Source: Candidatus Campbellbacteria bacterium
GTDB lineage: Bacteria; Patescibacteriota; Minisyncoccia; Phycocordibacterales; EsbW-18
Length of the DNA: 64,000 nucleotides
Reading direction: 5' to 3'
NCBI GenBank assembly: GCA_024653945.1
Contig: JANLIT010000002.1
Coordinates: 11,940 to 75,939, forward strand
Position numbers and translations under genes: made by a program. The notes beneath the pieces were generated by a model, which searched no databases, was not told the DNA's origin, and was given only the letters and a program-made list of their open reading frames with translations. Shown here piece by piece: positions 46,768 through 55,042 of the stretch (its first letter is position 1; each line of letters opens with the position of its first letter).

Positions 46768-47085
46768 ATGAAATTTGCCATCGCCATAGGTCCAAAAGGT
46801 GGTGGACCTCACAAAGGCTTCATCGCTGAATCTGAGGAAAACATCAAAATACGAACCGCACGTCTTCGAGAACATGGATTCACCATCGTTCCTATCAACG
46901 TTTCCCTTCTACCGTCTGACACTGAGGTCGCAAAGATGTTTGCGGAGAGTCAAATTCACCGGTCTATCGACCCAACTACCACCGAACTCTTTGAGGCCGT
47001 CATGAACTTGGGAATCAAGATTGGCTGGAAAGCTAGGGGACAAGACATCGTCTCCCACATCAGTGGTTGTTGTCGAAAAAAGTAA
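46768..47085 (+). CDS. small hypothetical protein (~105 aa), cassette gene 2; paralogous context to gene 3
   Basis: sigma70-like promoter TTGACA-17-TATTGT (about 46692-46720), SD AGGAGCGCGT, terminator cacgaccagcccaccagctggtcgtttttg (47107-47140). Confidence 0.5.
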   Translation: MKFAIAIGPKGGGPHKGFIAESEENIKIRTARLREHGFTIVPINVSLLPSDTEVAKMFAESQIHRSIDPTTTELFEAVMNLGIKIGWKARGQDIVSHISGCCRKK

Positions 47086-47210
47086 CTTCAACCAAACACG
47101 CTCTCACGACCAGCCCACCAGCTGGTCGTTTTTGTTTTATTGACAAAACAGACCATGAAGAATAGTGTTACCCCAGAATCAATCACGCGTTCCACATAAG
47201 GAGAAAAGTT

Positions 47211-47510
47211 ATGAAGCTCGGCGTCGTACTTCGCTCTGATGGTACAGTTTTCGGAGACATCATGTCTCCAACCGCGGAAGGCTTCGGCAACGCAATGGCT
47301 CGTGTACCAGATGGATTCATGGTCATTGAGGTCTCCGTCGACCTCGATCCAGAACAAGCTTCTGCGGTTCAGAAGCTTGGAAACAACGAGCTCTCAATGG
47401 AAGAGCTCCGACGCATAAGCCATTTGATCCGTCTCGGAATTCAGATGGGAATTGAGGTTCAGAAAGTACTCGCCATCTTCCGCATCCATGATGGCCGTCG
47501 AAAAAAGTAG
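47211..47510 (+). CDS. small hypothetical protein (99 aa), cassette gene 3
   Basis: promoter TTGACAAAACAGACCATGAAGAATAGTGTT, SD AAGGAGAAAAGTT, near-identical terminator (47527-47560). Confidence 0.5.
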   Translation: MKLGVVLRSDGTVFGDIMSPTAEGFGNAMARVPDGFMVIEVSVDLDPEQASAVQKLGNNELSMEELRRISHLIRLGIQMGIEVQKVLAIFRIHDGRRKK

Positions 47511-47639
47511 CGACCGCCGGATGTACCCCACGACCAGCCCACCAGCTGGTCGTTTTTGTCTTAAAACATACGGAGCGAGCCCTAAAGGATTGCTGTTTGT
47601 AGTCAATCACTTCGTTCTTGAACAAACAGGGAACCTCTA

Positions 47640-47758
47640 TTTTTTGAATTTTTTTGTATTTAACATACGAAGTGAGCCTATTACAACAAAGAAACTCTCG
47701 GAGCCCGATGAGGGTGAGAGTGAGTGCGTTTTCAGTAGAAAACGACACGTGTTCTTTG
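47640..47758 (+). repeat. dispersed ~100-nt element (candidate small RNA / cassette-border repeat): ..tttaacatacgaagtgagcc..aaactctcggagcccgatgagggtgagagtgagtgcgttttcagtagaaaacgacacgtg
   Basis: homologous copies at 51588-51700 (opposite strand), 53340-53400 (3' part) and 41670-41712 (5' part). Confidence 0.55.
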
Positions 47759-47780
47759 TTGTAAGTAGGTGAGCGGAGAG

Positions 47781-48149
47781 CTACATCATTTTCACTTCAA
47801 TGTTTACTCCGGATGGGAGTGAAAGAGATGTGAGAGATTCAATAACTTTTGGGGTTGGGTTGAGAATATCAAGTACTCGTTTGTGCACACGCATTTCAAA
47901 TTGTTCTCGTGCATCTTTGTCAATGAATGCTGCACGGTTGACAGTAAAGAGTGAGCGTTCGGTAGGAAGAGGAATTGGACCAACAACAACAGCTTCATAT
48001 TTTACAGCGGTATCCATAATCTGCTTTACGGATTCATCAAGAAGTTTACTTTCATACGCACGAATACGGATGCGCAACTTGTGTGGCGCCTCATCGTGCA
48101 CTTTCTCTTTCTTTGTCTTTCGTGTTGTTTTTGGTTTCAAGGTACTCAT
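47781..48149 (-). CDS. rpsJ: 30S ribosomal protein S10
   Basis: ..KLRIRIRAYESKLLDESVKQIMDTA...VVGPIPLPT. Confidence 0.9.
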   Translation of the reverse strand: MSTLKPKTTRKTKKEKVHDEAPHKLRIRIRAYESKLLDESVKQIMDTAVKYEAVVVGPIPLPTERSLFTVNRAAFIDKDAREQFEMRVHKRVLDILNPTPKVIESLTSLSLPSGVNIEVKMM

Positions 48150-48314
48150 ACGCTACGCGGGGACACTGTATCCCATTGTTTGCCCTTTGTCCAGAACGCA
48201 TTCTAGAGCCCTCAGATACGAGGCGCGAGCGAGGATTCGACTGAGCGATATTGCAATATCGTGAAGAAGAACCGGAGCTCGCAACAAAGTAGATGAGGGC
48301 TATCGAATGCGTTC

Positions 48315-49517
48315 TTACGCTACGATTTTTGTAACCACACCAGCTCCAACAGTCTTACCTCCCTCTCGGATAGCAAAGCGCTGTTGTGCTTCAAGCGCGA
48401 TTGGTGCTGTAAGTTTTACTTTGAATGTAACGGTGTCTCCAGGCATAACCATCTGCACTCCTTCGTTAAGCGTCACTTCTCCCGTCACATCCGTTGTGCG
48501 GATGTAGAACTGAGGCTTGTATCCAGAGATAAATGGTGTGTGGCGACCACCTTCTTCCTTTGTGAGGATGAGCACTTCTGCTTCAAATTCTGTGTGAGGT
48601 GTCACACTACCAGGAGCTGAGATAACTTGTCCGCGCGTAACATCTTCTTTCTTCAAACCACGGATGAGAATACCTGCATTGTCTCCTGCTATACCAGAAT
48701 CAAGTGACTTGTTGAACATTTCAATTCCTGTCACTGTTGATTTTTGTGTTGGCGTAAGACCGACAACTTCAATATCCTGACCAACCTTAATTGTTCCTCG
48801 TTCAATACGGCCGGTTACTACAGTACCGCGTCCTTCAATTGAGAAGATGTCTTCAACTGGCATAAGGAACGGCTTGTCAACTTCACGAACAGGTTCAGGA
48901 ATGTATGAGTCCAGAGTGTTGACGAGTTCAAAGACGCCCTTTGCCCATTCATCATCCATAGATGTTGCAGCAAGCGCTTTTAATCCAGAACCACGAATCA
49001 CTGGTGTCTCTTTTCCGTCAAATCCGTACTTCGTGAGCATTTCGCGTACTTCCTCTTCAACGAGGTCAACAAGGTCCTTGTCAGACACCATGTCAACTTT
49101 GTTCAAGAAAACAATCATTTTTGGAACTCCAACCTGTTTTGCAAGGAGAATGTGTTCTCGTGTTTGTGGCATTGCTCCATCTGAAGCGGCGACAACGAGA
49201 ATTGCGCCGTCCATTTGAGCAGCACCGGTAATCATGTTCTTGATGTAGTCGGCGTGTCCAGGAGCATCAATGTGCGCGTAGTGGCGAAGTGGTGTCCAGT
49301 ACTCGGAGTGGTGGAGCGCAATAGTAATACCGCGTGCCTTTTCTTCCGGTGCACTGTCAATTTTATCAATTGCTTCAACGCGAGCGCCGTATCCCTTGTC
49401 CTTGTTCATGTCCAAGATTTTGAGGATTGCTGCGGTGAGCGTAGTCTTGCCGTGGTCAACGTGTCCGATGGTACCGACGTTAACGTGAGGCTTTGAACGG
49501 TCAAATGTTTCTGCCAT
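48315..49517 (-). CDS. tuf: elongation factor Tu
   Basis: [22 protein letters not shown]; 400 aa. Confidence 0.95.
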   Translation of the reverse strand: MAETFDRSKPHVNVGTIGHVDHGKTTLTAAILKILDMNKDKGYGARVEAIDKIDSAPEEKARGITIALHHSEYWTPLRHYAHIDAPGHADYIKNMITGAAQMDGAILVVAASDGAMPQTREHILLAKQVGVPKMIVFLNKVDMVSDKDLVDLVEEEVREMLTKYGFDGKETPVIRGSGLKALAATSMDDEWAKGVFELVNTLDSYIPEPVREVDKPFLMPVEDIFSIEGRGTVVTGRIERGTIKVGQDIEVVGLTPTQKSTVTGIEMFNKSLDSGIAGDNAGILIRGLKKEDVTRGQVISAPGSVTPHTEFEAEVLILTKEEGGRHTPFISGYKPQFYIRTTDVTGEVTLNEGVQMVMPGDTVTFKVKLTAPIALEAQQRFAIREGGKTVGAGVVTKIVA

Positions 49518-49630
49518 AAATTTGTTGATTATTAAAAATAACTATTGTTTGTAATGGTTTTGTGCCCCACACGAGGATGCACATGCTGAGAACAAAAACA
49601 CGCGTAGCGCGCATTTTGTAAGGCGTTGCC

Positions 49631-49659
49631 ATTGTACACAACCATTTTGATATCGTCAA
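49631..49659 (-). promoter_or_regulatory. sigma70-type promoter for tuf: TTGACG-17 nt-TACAAT (minus strand), ~105-nt leader
   Basis: read on the reverse complement: ttgacgatatcaaaatggttgtgtacaatggc. Confidence 0.55.
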
Positions 49660-49769
49660 TCCCGTTGCCGCTCTTTACGTGCAAAACTGTGGAGAAACTG
49701 TGGATTAAAAACAAAACGAGCCCGTTCTCCAAAGCGTGCGCATGCACACAATGAAGGAACGGACTCTGC

Positions 49770-49976
49770 TCAAAGAACGACATCCTGTGTCTCATCGGAA
49801 TGGAACTCGGGCACATCTTCCGAGCGCACGCCGTAATCCAACCACGTATCGTGCGTCTCGAGGTATGACGCGCACCACCTCAAGAAAAGCTTTGTGCTGA
49901 TTCCTGCCACCACCATACATCCGATGGTGATGAGGAACGGCATGGGTGAAATGTCTGGCGGAAGCGGGAGGCTCAT
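49770..49976 (-). CDS. GC-rich small membrane protein (68 aa)
   Basis: SD GAGGTGA before the ATG; 10 nt after the upstream gene's stop. Confidence 0.4.
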   Translation of the reverse strand: MSLPLPPDISPMPFLITIGCMVVAGISTKLFLRWCASYLETHDTWLDYGVRSEDVPEFHSDETQDVVL

Positions 49977-49985
49977 GTTGTCACC

Positions 49986-50519
49986 TCACTTCGTGTTGTG
50001 CAGAGGCATTGATGTCGGTGTGGGAAGAAGTGCGGCGGACACTGGCACCCACGACTCCCGCGCCTTCGTCTCCGAGAGCGCGCGAATGAATTCTGGGGAG
50101 AAGGCGAAGGTGTCGTCATCAGCCTCGTGGCACATGAACCGTGTCTCAAAGGCCAAAATGTCAAAACCACGTTGTGCTTCGAGACGCATTTTTCGAGAAT
50201 CCTCAATCAACGTCTCCAGAAGTACGCGCTCGAAACTCTCCCAGGGACTCTTCGTGCCACTCAGCATTTTCTCCAAAAAGAAGTTGACACAGACAACGCT
50301 GTACTCAACCTCGATGTGAGAATGCTTGTGCTCTCGAAAATGCGTACGGATGATATCGGGAATGTGCTTCCGAATATCATCCGTCGACGGGCGAGGTGCC
50401 TGCACGCTCTTCTGCCAGGCGGCGTCACGTTCAGAGGTGCTTGTGATAAGTCCTCTGACAAGAAGTGCACAAAAAGCCACGATGAGAGTCATGATAAGTA
50501 AAGCGAGCGAGAACGGCAT
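49986..50519 (-). CDS. GC-rich membrane-anchored protein (177 aa)
   Basis: N-terminal TM helix, SD GAAAGGGG, promoter-like TTGACA-18-TATTAT upstream (about 50580-50615). Confidence 0.5.
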   Translation of the reverse strand: MPFSLALLIMTLIVAFCALLVRGLITSTSERDAAWQKSVQAPRPSTDDIRKHIPDIIRTHFREHKHSHIEVEYSVVCVNFFLEKMLSGTKSPWESFERVLLETLIEDSRKMRLEAQRGFDILAFETRFMCHEADDDTFAFSPEFIRALSETKARESWVPVSAALLPTPTSMPLHNTK

Positions 50520-50639
50520 GGTGGACCCCTTTCCAGAGAGTTGCGACGTTTAGCGTGAACACAGGTTATTTTCCGAGGTCAATAATACACCAAAGTATAC
50601 ATCTTTGTCAATCCCATTCTTTTGTATCCTGTGGATACG

Positions 50640-50680
50640 CAAAAGCCCCGCCGACTCGTGGTCGGCGGGGCTTTTTAAGC
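50640..50680. terminator. bidirectional terminator aaaagccccgccgactcgtggtcggcggggcttttta
   Basis: hairpin plus T-run. Confidence 0.6.
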
Positions 50681-50704
50681 TTTTGAATCTAGTGTTTCTT
50701 CAGA

Positions 50705-51403
50705 CTAGTCGTGCTTCATCTCGTGTCCAAGGTGCTCAAGGTAACGACCTGCTGCGCTCTGACCGCCGAGGCCGAATGCCAAACCGAAGGCGAGTGAGAG
50801 AGCAATCACTACTCCTGTAAAGAGTGTCTGCAAGAATGCAACACCAATACCGAGTTGTGAAAGTGAAACCAAGAGAGCAAAAATCCAGATTGCCCACTTT
50901 GAAAGTGTGCCGAGGAATCCTGCTGATGCGATGTTTGCGGCCTTTGCTGATGCAACAACAATTCTACGAACCGCTTCAGCAAGTACAACCGACACAAGCA
51001 TGATGAGAACTGCAACAATCACCTGTGGCAAGTATCCCAACACAACATCTCGTAAGAAAGCAGTTACCTGTGTGAGATTCACGATTTCAAGTGATGCAAT
51101 CAAGAAGACAACGATAATGAACCATCGTACAAGCTCCCCAATGAATTTTCCTGAGTTGAGTGAGAAACCTGCTCGTGCAAGTGTTTGTTCCAAGCCAGCA
51201 CCACGAAGTGCGCTGTCCAACTTAATTGACTTAAGAATCTGTTCTACCGCACGCGCAAGAAGCGATGCAATAATCCAACCGATGATAAAAATAATGAGCG
51301 CAACAAGAAGTTTTGGCAGGAATGCAATGACTCCTCCCCACACTGTTGCAAGTGATGTTGCGACAGTGACACCTGTTGTCTGAAGAACTGTGGTTCCTAA
51401 CAT
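50705..51403 (-). CDS. membrane protein built of repeated TM-helix units (TM-helix-repeat / mechanosensitive-channel-like)
   Basis: 232 aa, about 6 TM segments with recurring LxxLxxVxxxL pattern. Confidence 0.5.
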   Translation of the reverse strand: MLGTTVLQTTGVTVATSLATVWGGVIAFLPKLLVALIIFIIGWIIASLLARAVEQILKSIKLDSALRGAGLEQTLARAGFSLNSGKFIGELVRWFIIVVFLIASLEIVNLTQVTAFLRDVVLGYLPQVIVAVLIMLVSVVLAEAVRRIVVASAKAANIASAGFLGTLSKWAIWIFALLVSLSQLGIGVAFLQTLFTGVVIALSLAFGLAFGLGGQSAAGRYLEHLGHEMKHD

Positions 51404-51587
51404 AGTATTGTTAAATTAATTTAAATTATACGTAATAATCAGTTTTTAATGATTTTCAGGATGTGTGCCTGAACACCGTGCCACAAGGGCAGTTTTTCGA
51501 CTTTTAATGTCTTTAATGATAGCACCGCAAGGAATGTCCTTTAATGCCCCTGTGGACAACTCTACGCTCGCCCCGCCCTTCCACAAA

Positions 51588-51700
51588 CACGTGTCGTTTT
51601 CTGCTGAAAACGCACTCACTCTCGCCCTCACGGGCTCCGAGAGTTTTGTGTATAGGGCGGGGCTCGTTCCGTACCACGAATTTTTGTTGCTACAAAAATT
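51588..51700 (-). repeat. dispersed ~100-nt element, copy 2 (orientation opposite to 47640-47758)
   Basis: cgtgtcgttttctgctgaaaacgcactcactctcgccctcacgggctccgagagttttgtgtatagggcggggctcgttccgtaccacg. Confidence 0.55.
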
Positions 51701-51819
51701 CTGTAAAAAGAAAACAATTGACAGATACTGTTTTCAGGCGTACGTTTGCGACAGAACATACGCAGGTTAACGCATGTATCCTCTTGAGCCTTGGCTAGGA
51801 GGAAGAAAGGGTCCATCCA

Positions 51820-52494
51820 ATGAACGCTGGAGAACTGAAGGTATTGGTGGGAAAGTGTTTCGGACAATTTTTCCTCAAAATCTGGACATCCGTGGCTTTG
51901 GTGGCCATCGGCACGGTCATACTCGGCATCGAACTTTTCGTACGTGAGAGTGGGCCGAATCTTTTTCTTTTCCTTATCGGGGTAATACTCATCGTTTGGG
52001 GGCTTGCTCTCTCGATACGGTTCACCAACAAGCTGAGGGGGCTCCGACGGACCCTGGCCGAGTACGAGGAGGCGTGGCGCACACGGATGTGGACGGGAGG
52101 AAATCTCGGTCTTGTGATTTCTTCTCTCGTGGAAAACCGTCTGGTGGATATGTGGCAGCGGGGCGTCTTTGCCGAAGAGCTGGTTAAGACACTTGGTGTC
52201 GGCCCATACCAAGTGGATGCTCTTTTCGAGGTGCCGTTCACGAATGGGGACATTCGCGATGAAGAGGTTGATTTACAGACCGGGTTGGGATGGCTACTCC
52301 ACGGTAAGTATCTCGTTCCGGCGGAGCACGGCTTTGGGGCGTTCGTCTGGTCGGACACGAAGGTGTACGAGAAATTCTTCGCACTTCCAGAGAATAGGAT
52401 GCGCGACGACTTCGACCCGAACAAGGAACCCGAGCTTCTCGACGCCGTGCGCGATGGCCGTGTTTCACTCCCCGGTGGTGTAAAAATCACCTAA
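51820..52494 (+). CDS. GC-rich membrane-anchored hypothetical protein (224 aa)
   Basis: 2 N-terminal TM helices; AGGAGG upstream; terminator cccgag..ctcggg after the stop, plus palindromic ggaagccaggcttcc hairpins. Confidence 0.5.
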   Translation: MNAGELKVLVGKCFGQFFLKIWTSVALVAIGTVILGIELFVRESGPNLFLFLIGVILIVWGLALSIRFTNKLRGLRRTLAEYEEAWRTRMWTGGNLGLVISSLVENRLVDMWQRGVFAEELVKTLGVGPYQVDALFEVPFTNGDIRDEEVDLQTGLGWLLHGKYLVPAEHGFGAFVWSDTKVYEKFFALPENRMRDDFDPNKEPELLDAVRDGRVSLPGGVKIT

Positions 52495-52597
52495 ACTGCA
52501 CTGCTCTTTTCACGAAGAACCCGAGTTCGCTCACGCGACCTCGGGCTTTCTTTTTGGAAGCCAGGCTTCCCCGTTGGAAGCCTGGCTTCCAAAAATG

Positions 52598-53152
52598 CTA
52601 CAACCCCAATTTATTCACTAATTTTCGATGCGGATAGTCAAACACATCGCGCAGGAGTTTGTCATTCATGCTCGTGCGGTAGGAAAAATCTTTTGTTGAA
52701 AATGCAGAGTAGCGAATGTCAGTTCCGCATTCCGCTTCAAGTTGTGTGATTGCTTTTGCTAATGCTTTATCATCAATTCTATCGGCAATAACAAGCACAT
52801 CCGTTCGTGAATCTTCTTCTTCAATAAAAATACCAGACACAACAAGTAATTTGAGTGCACCACATTTTGAAACACGTGACACCACAGGTACATCTGCAAG
52901 CATGTTGCCGAGCATGAGGTGTTTCACACTCATCATGTGTGGAAATTCTGGGTTGAGTAACCATCCACGTGCGCGTTTTTTAAGAAAGCCTGCTGACTTC
53001 AAACGCGCGAGTGGTGTCTTGAGCGACGATGATACAATACTTGTTTTTTCAGCAAGCGTTGCTGTCCCGTAGATACCTTCTGGGTGAAACAGAAAAAAAC
53101 GCATCAGTCGAACCGGCGCACTTCCTCCAAATAATTTTGCGAGTAGATCCAT
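52598..53152 (-). CDS. hypothetical protein, possible winged-helix regulator
   Basis: 184 aa; weak HTH-like segment; low confidence on function. Confidence 0.35.
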   Translation of the reverse strand: MDLLAKLFGGSAPVRLMRFFLFHPEGIYGTATLAEKTSIVSSSLKTPLARLKSAGFLKKRARGWLLNPEFPHMMSVKHLMLGNMLADVPVVSRVSKCGALKLLVVSGIFIEEEDSRTDVLVIADRIDDKALAKAITQLEAECGTDIRYSAFSTKDFSYRTSMNDKLLRDVFDYPHRKLVNKLGL

Positions 53153-53319
53153 CCCGATAGTGTTATATGCCGAATAATATGTAGAACCTTACAATACTCT
53201 TTTCTATTAAAATACCATGATACACGGGTCACTGAAAAAACTATCGGGATCCATACAAGAGTTAGTATACCCTCCTTTTAAAACAAAAACACCCCTTTTG
53301 GGGGTGTTTTTATGCACTT

Positions 53320-53645
53320 TTGTGCTGAAAAAGATTACTTCAAAGTTACATGTCACGCGTCGTTTTCTATTGAAAACGCGCTCGGAGCCTCCTTCGGCAC
53401 AACCTACTGGTTGCCCACCTCAATGAGTACATTGTTATAACCAAGTTACAAATCTACTAATTTGCCTACTGGGTCGCACCGTCGTGCTCCGTCTCAAAGT
53501 GACTCTATTTGAGAGTCACTTTGCCACGAGTTTCTAGCTTCCTCATTGTGCTTCGCACAATTCCGTCGCAAGAACTCTCGGCCCCGTCTCGGTGCTCTCT
53601 CCTGCTTACGCAGGCGCACCTGCGACCGAAAAGTAACTTTGAAAT
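53320..53645 (-). ncRNA. candidate structured non-coding region (~300 nt, ~52% GC) between the rplL stop and an intrinsic terminator (53290-53318)
   Basis: several perfect hairpins (aaagtgactct-attt-gagagtcacttt; gcagg-tgcg-cctgc), bounded by inverted repeats ttacttcaaagttac / gtaactttgaa; contains the 3' module of the dispersed element (cgcgttttcaatagaaaacgacgcg). Confidence 0.25.
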
Positions 53646-54140
53646 TTATTTTAAAGTTACCTTTCCGCCGGCTTCCTCAATCTTCTTCTTCATAACCTCT
53701 GCATCTTCTTTCTTCACTGCCTCCTTGATAACGCCAGGTGCGCCATCAACGAGATCCTTTGCTTCCTTGAGACCAAGACCTGAAACTTCCTTCACAGCCT
53801 TGATAACAGCAATCTTGTTCTCCCCAACTGATGTAAGTTCAACAGTGTACTCGCTCTTTTCATCTGCACCTGCTGCACCTGCTGCAGGAGCTGCTGCGAC
53901 AGCAACTGCTGACACCCCAAACTTTTCCTCAAACACCTTCACGAGTCGGTTCAAATCCAACACGCTCATTTGTTCAATTGCGTCAATAATTTTCTTGAAC
54001 TCGGCTGGAATTGCTACATCCGCAGTTTTCTCTACTGTCTTTGCAACTGGCTTGTCCGCCACAGCTGGGGTTGTTGTTTCCTCTACTGGCTTGTCCGCCG
54101 TAGCATCTGCGGAGGCGGAAGTTTTTGTTTGTTCATCCAT
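53646..54140 (-). CDS. rplL: 50S ribosomal protein L7/L12, with ~35-aa N-terminal extension
   Basis: ..[70 protein letters not shown]; ATG at 54140. Confidence 0.85.
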   Translation of the reverse strand: MDEQTKTSASADATADKPVEETTTPAVADKPVAKTVEKTADVAIPAEFKKIIDAIEQMSVLDLNRLVKVFEEKFGVSAVAVAAAPAAGAAGADEKSEYTVELTSVGENKIAVIKAVKEVSGLGLKEAKDLVDGAPGVIKEAVKKEDAEVMKKKIEEAGGKVTLK

Positions 54141-54281
54141 ATGTATTAGGTTAAATTCGAAATTCAAATATCGAAATCCGAGACAATATCTCATTTTCTA
54201 AATCAAAATGTTTTAAACATTTGTACATTAGAATTTTGAATTTGTTTCGTGTTTCGTACTTCGATTTTCGTGCTTATAGTA
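54141..54281. repeat. ~130-bp r-protein leader repeat upstream of rplL
   Basis: ttaaattcgaaattcaaatatcgaaatccgagacaatatctcattttctaaatcaaaatgttttaaacatttgtacattagaattttgaatttgtttcgtgtttcgtacttcgattttcgtgcttat. Confidence 0.6.
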
Positions 54282-54782
54282 TTATTTCTTTTCTGCAATG
54301 GCACCAAGCGCAATAACCAATCGTTGAATTGGCGAGTTAATGACGTTGGCAAACATTCCACGCAATACTGTTTGTGAAGGAATTGTTGCAATCTCAAGCA
54401 TGCGCTCGCGATTCAAAAATTCACCATCAAAAATACCACCGAGAATACCGAGGTGTCCTTCAAATTTTTTCTGGAACGTGTAGATGTTTCGCGCTGGTGC
54501 TGTTGTATCAACTGCGTCTGCACTTTGTGGATATGCGATTGCTACCTCACCATCAAGCGCAGGAATATCTCCCTTTGCTTTTGAACTTGTGAGTGCTTTC
54601 TTGATGAGTGTCTTTTTTGCAACAGTGTATCCAACGTCATTTGCTTTCAACTCTTTTCGAATTTCCATAGCATCACGCACCGTGAGACCGTGGAAGTTAA
54701 CAAAAACAGCCGAGGGAACACGCTTAATGATGTCCTGAAGCTTTTCAAGAATTGTTTCTTTTTGCTTTCGTGTAATTGGCAT
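54282..54782 (-). CDS. rplJ: 50S ribosomal protein L10
   Basis: 166 aa L10 family. Confidence 0.9.
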   Translation of the reverse strand: MPITRKQKETILEKLQDIIKRVPSAVFVNFHGLTVRDAMEIRKELKANDVGYTVAKKTLIKKALTSSKAKGDIPALDGEVAIAYPQSADAVDTTAPARNIYTFQKKFEGHLGILGGIFDGEFLNRERMLEIATIPSQTVLRGMFANVINSPIQRLVIALGAIAEKK

Positions 54783-55042
54783 ATGTTTTTTGTGTTAAAC
54801 AAAAAAACGGCTACAAGTGCCGCCGCTCTAAGAGTGGTCGACCTCAGTAGGACCTCTGACTCTTGTACGTGTGAGTCTGCCTACTTTCTCCGGCCTTGTG
54901 AAAACAACTATACTCAATCCCTCTCATAAATGCAACATCCCATGCGCAAAGCCCCGCTCGAGTACGAGCGGGGCTTTCCTTACTACTTACTACTTCCTAC
55001 TTTCTACTCTTGGCTTTCTACCTACTACTTTCTACTTCCCAC

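Noticed and set aside
49532-49816. 94-aa minus-strand ORF upstream of tuf
   Set aside because: It coincides with the tuf promoter (TTGACG-17-TACAAT) and 5' leader, and has no SD or coding character.
53509-54201. 230-aa + strand ORF (Ala/Ser/Thr-rich)
   Set aside because: It is the mirror image of rplL (the Ala-rich hinge gives a low-complexity antisense ORF) plus the structured non-coding region.
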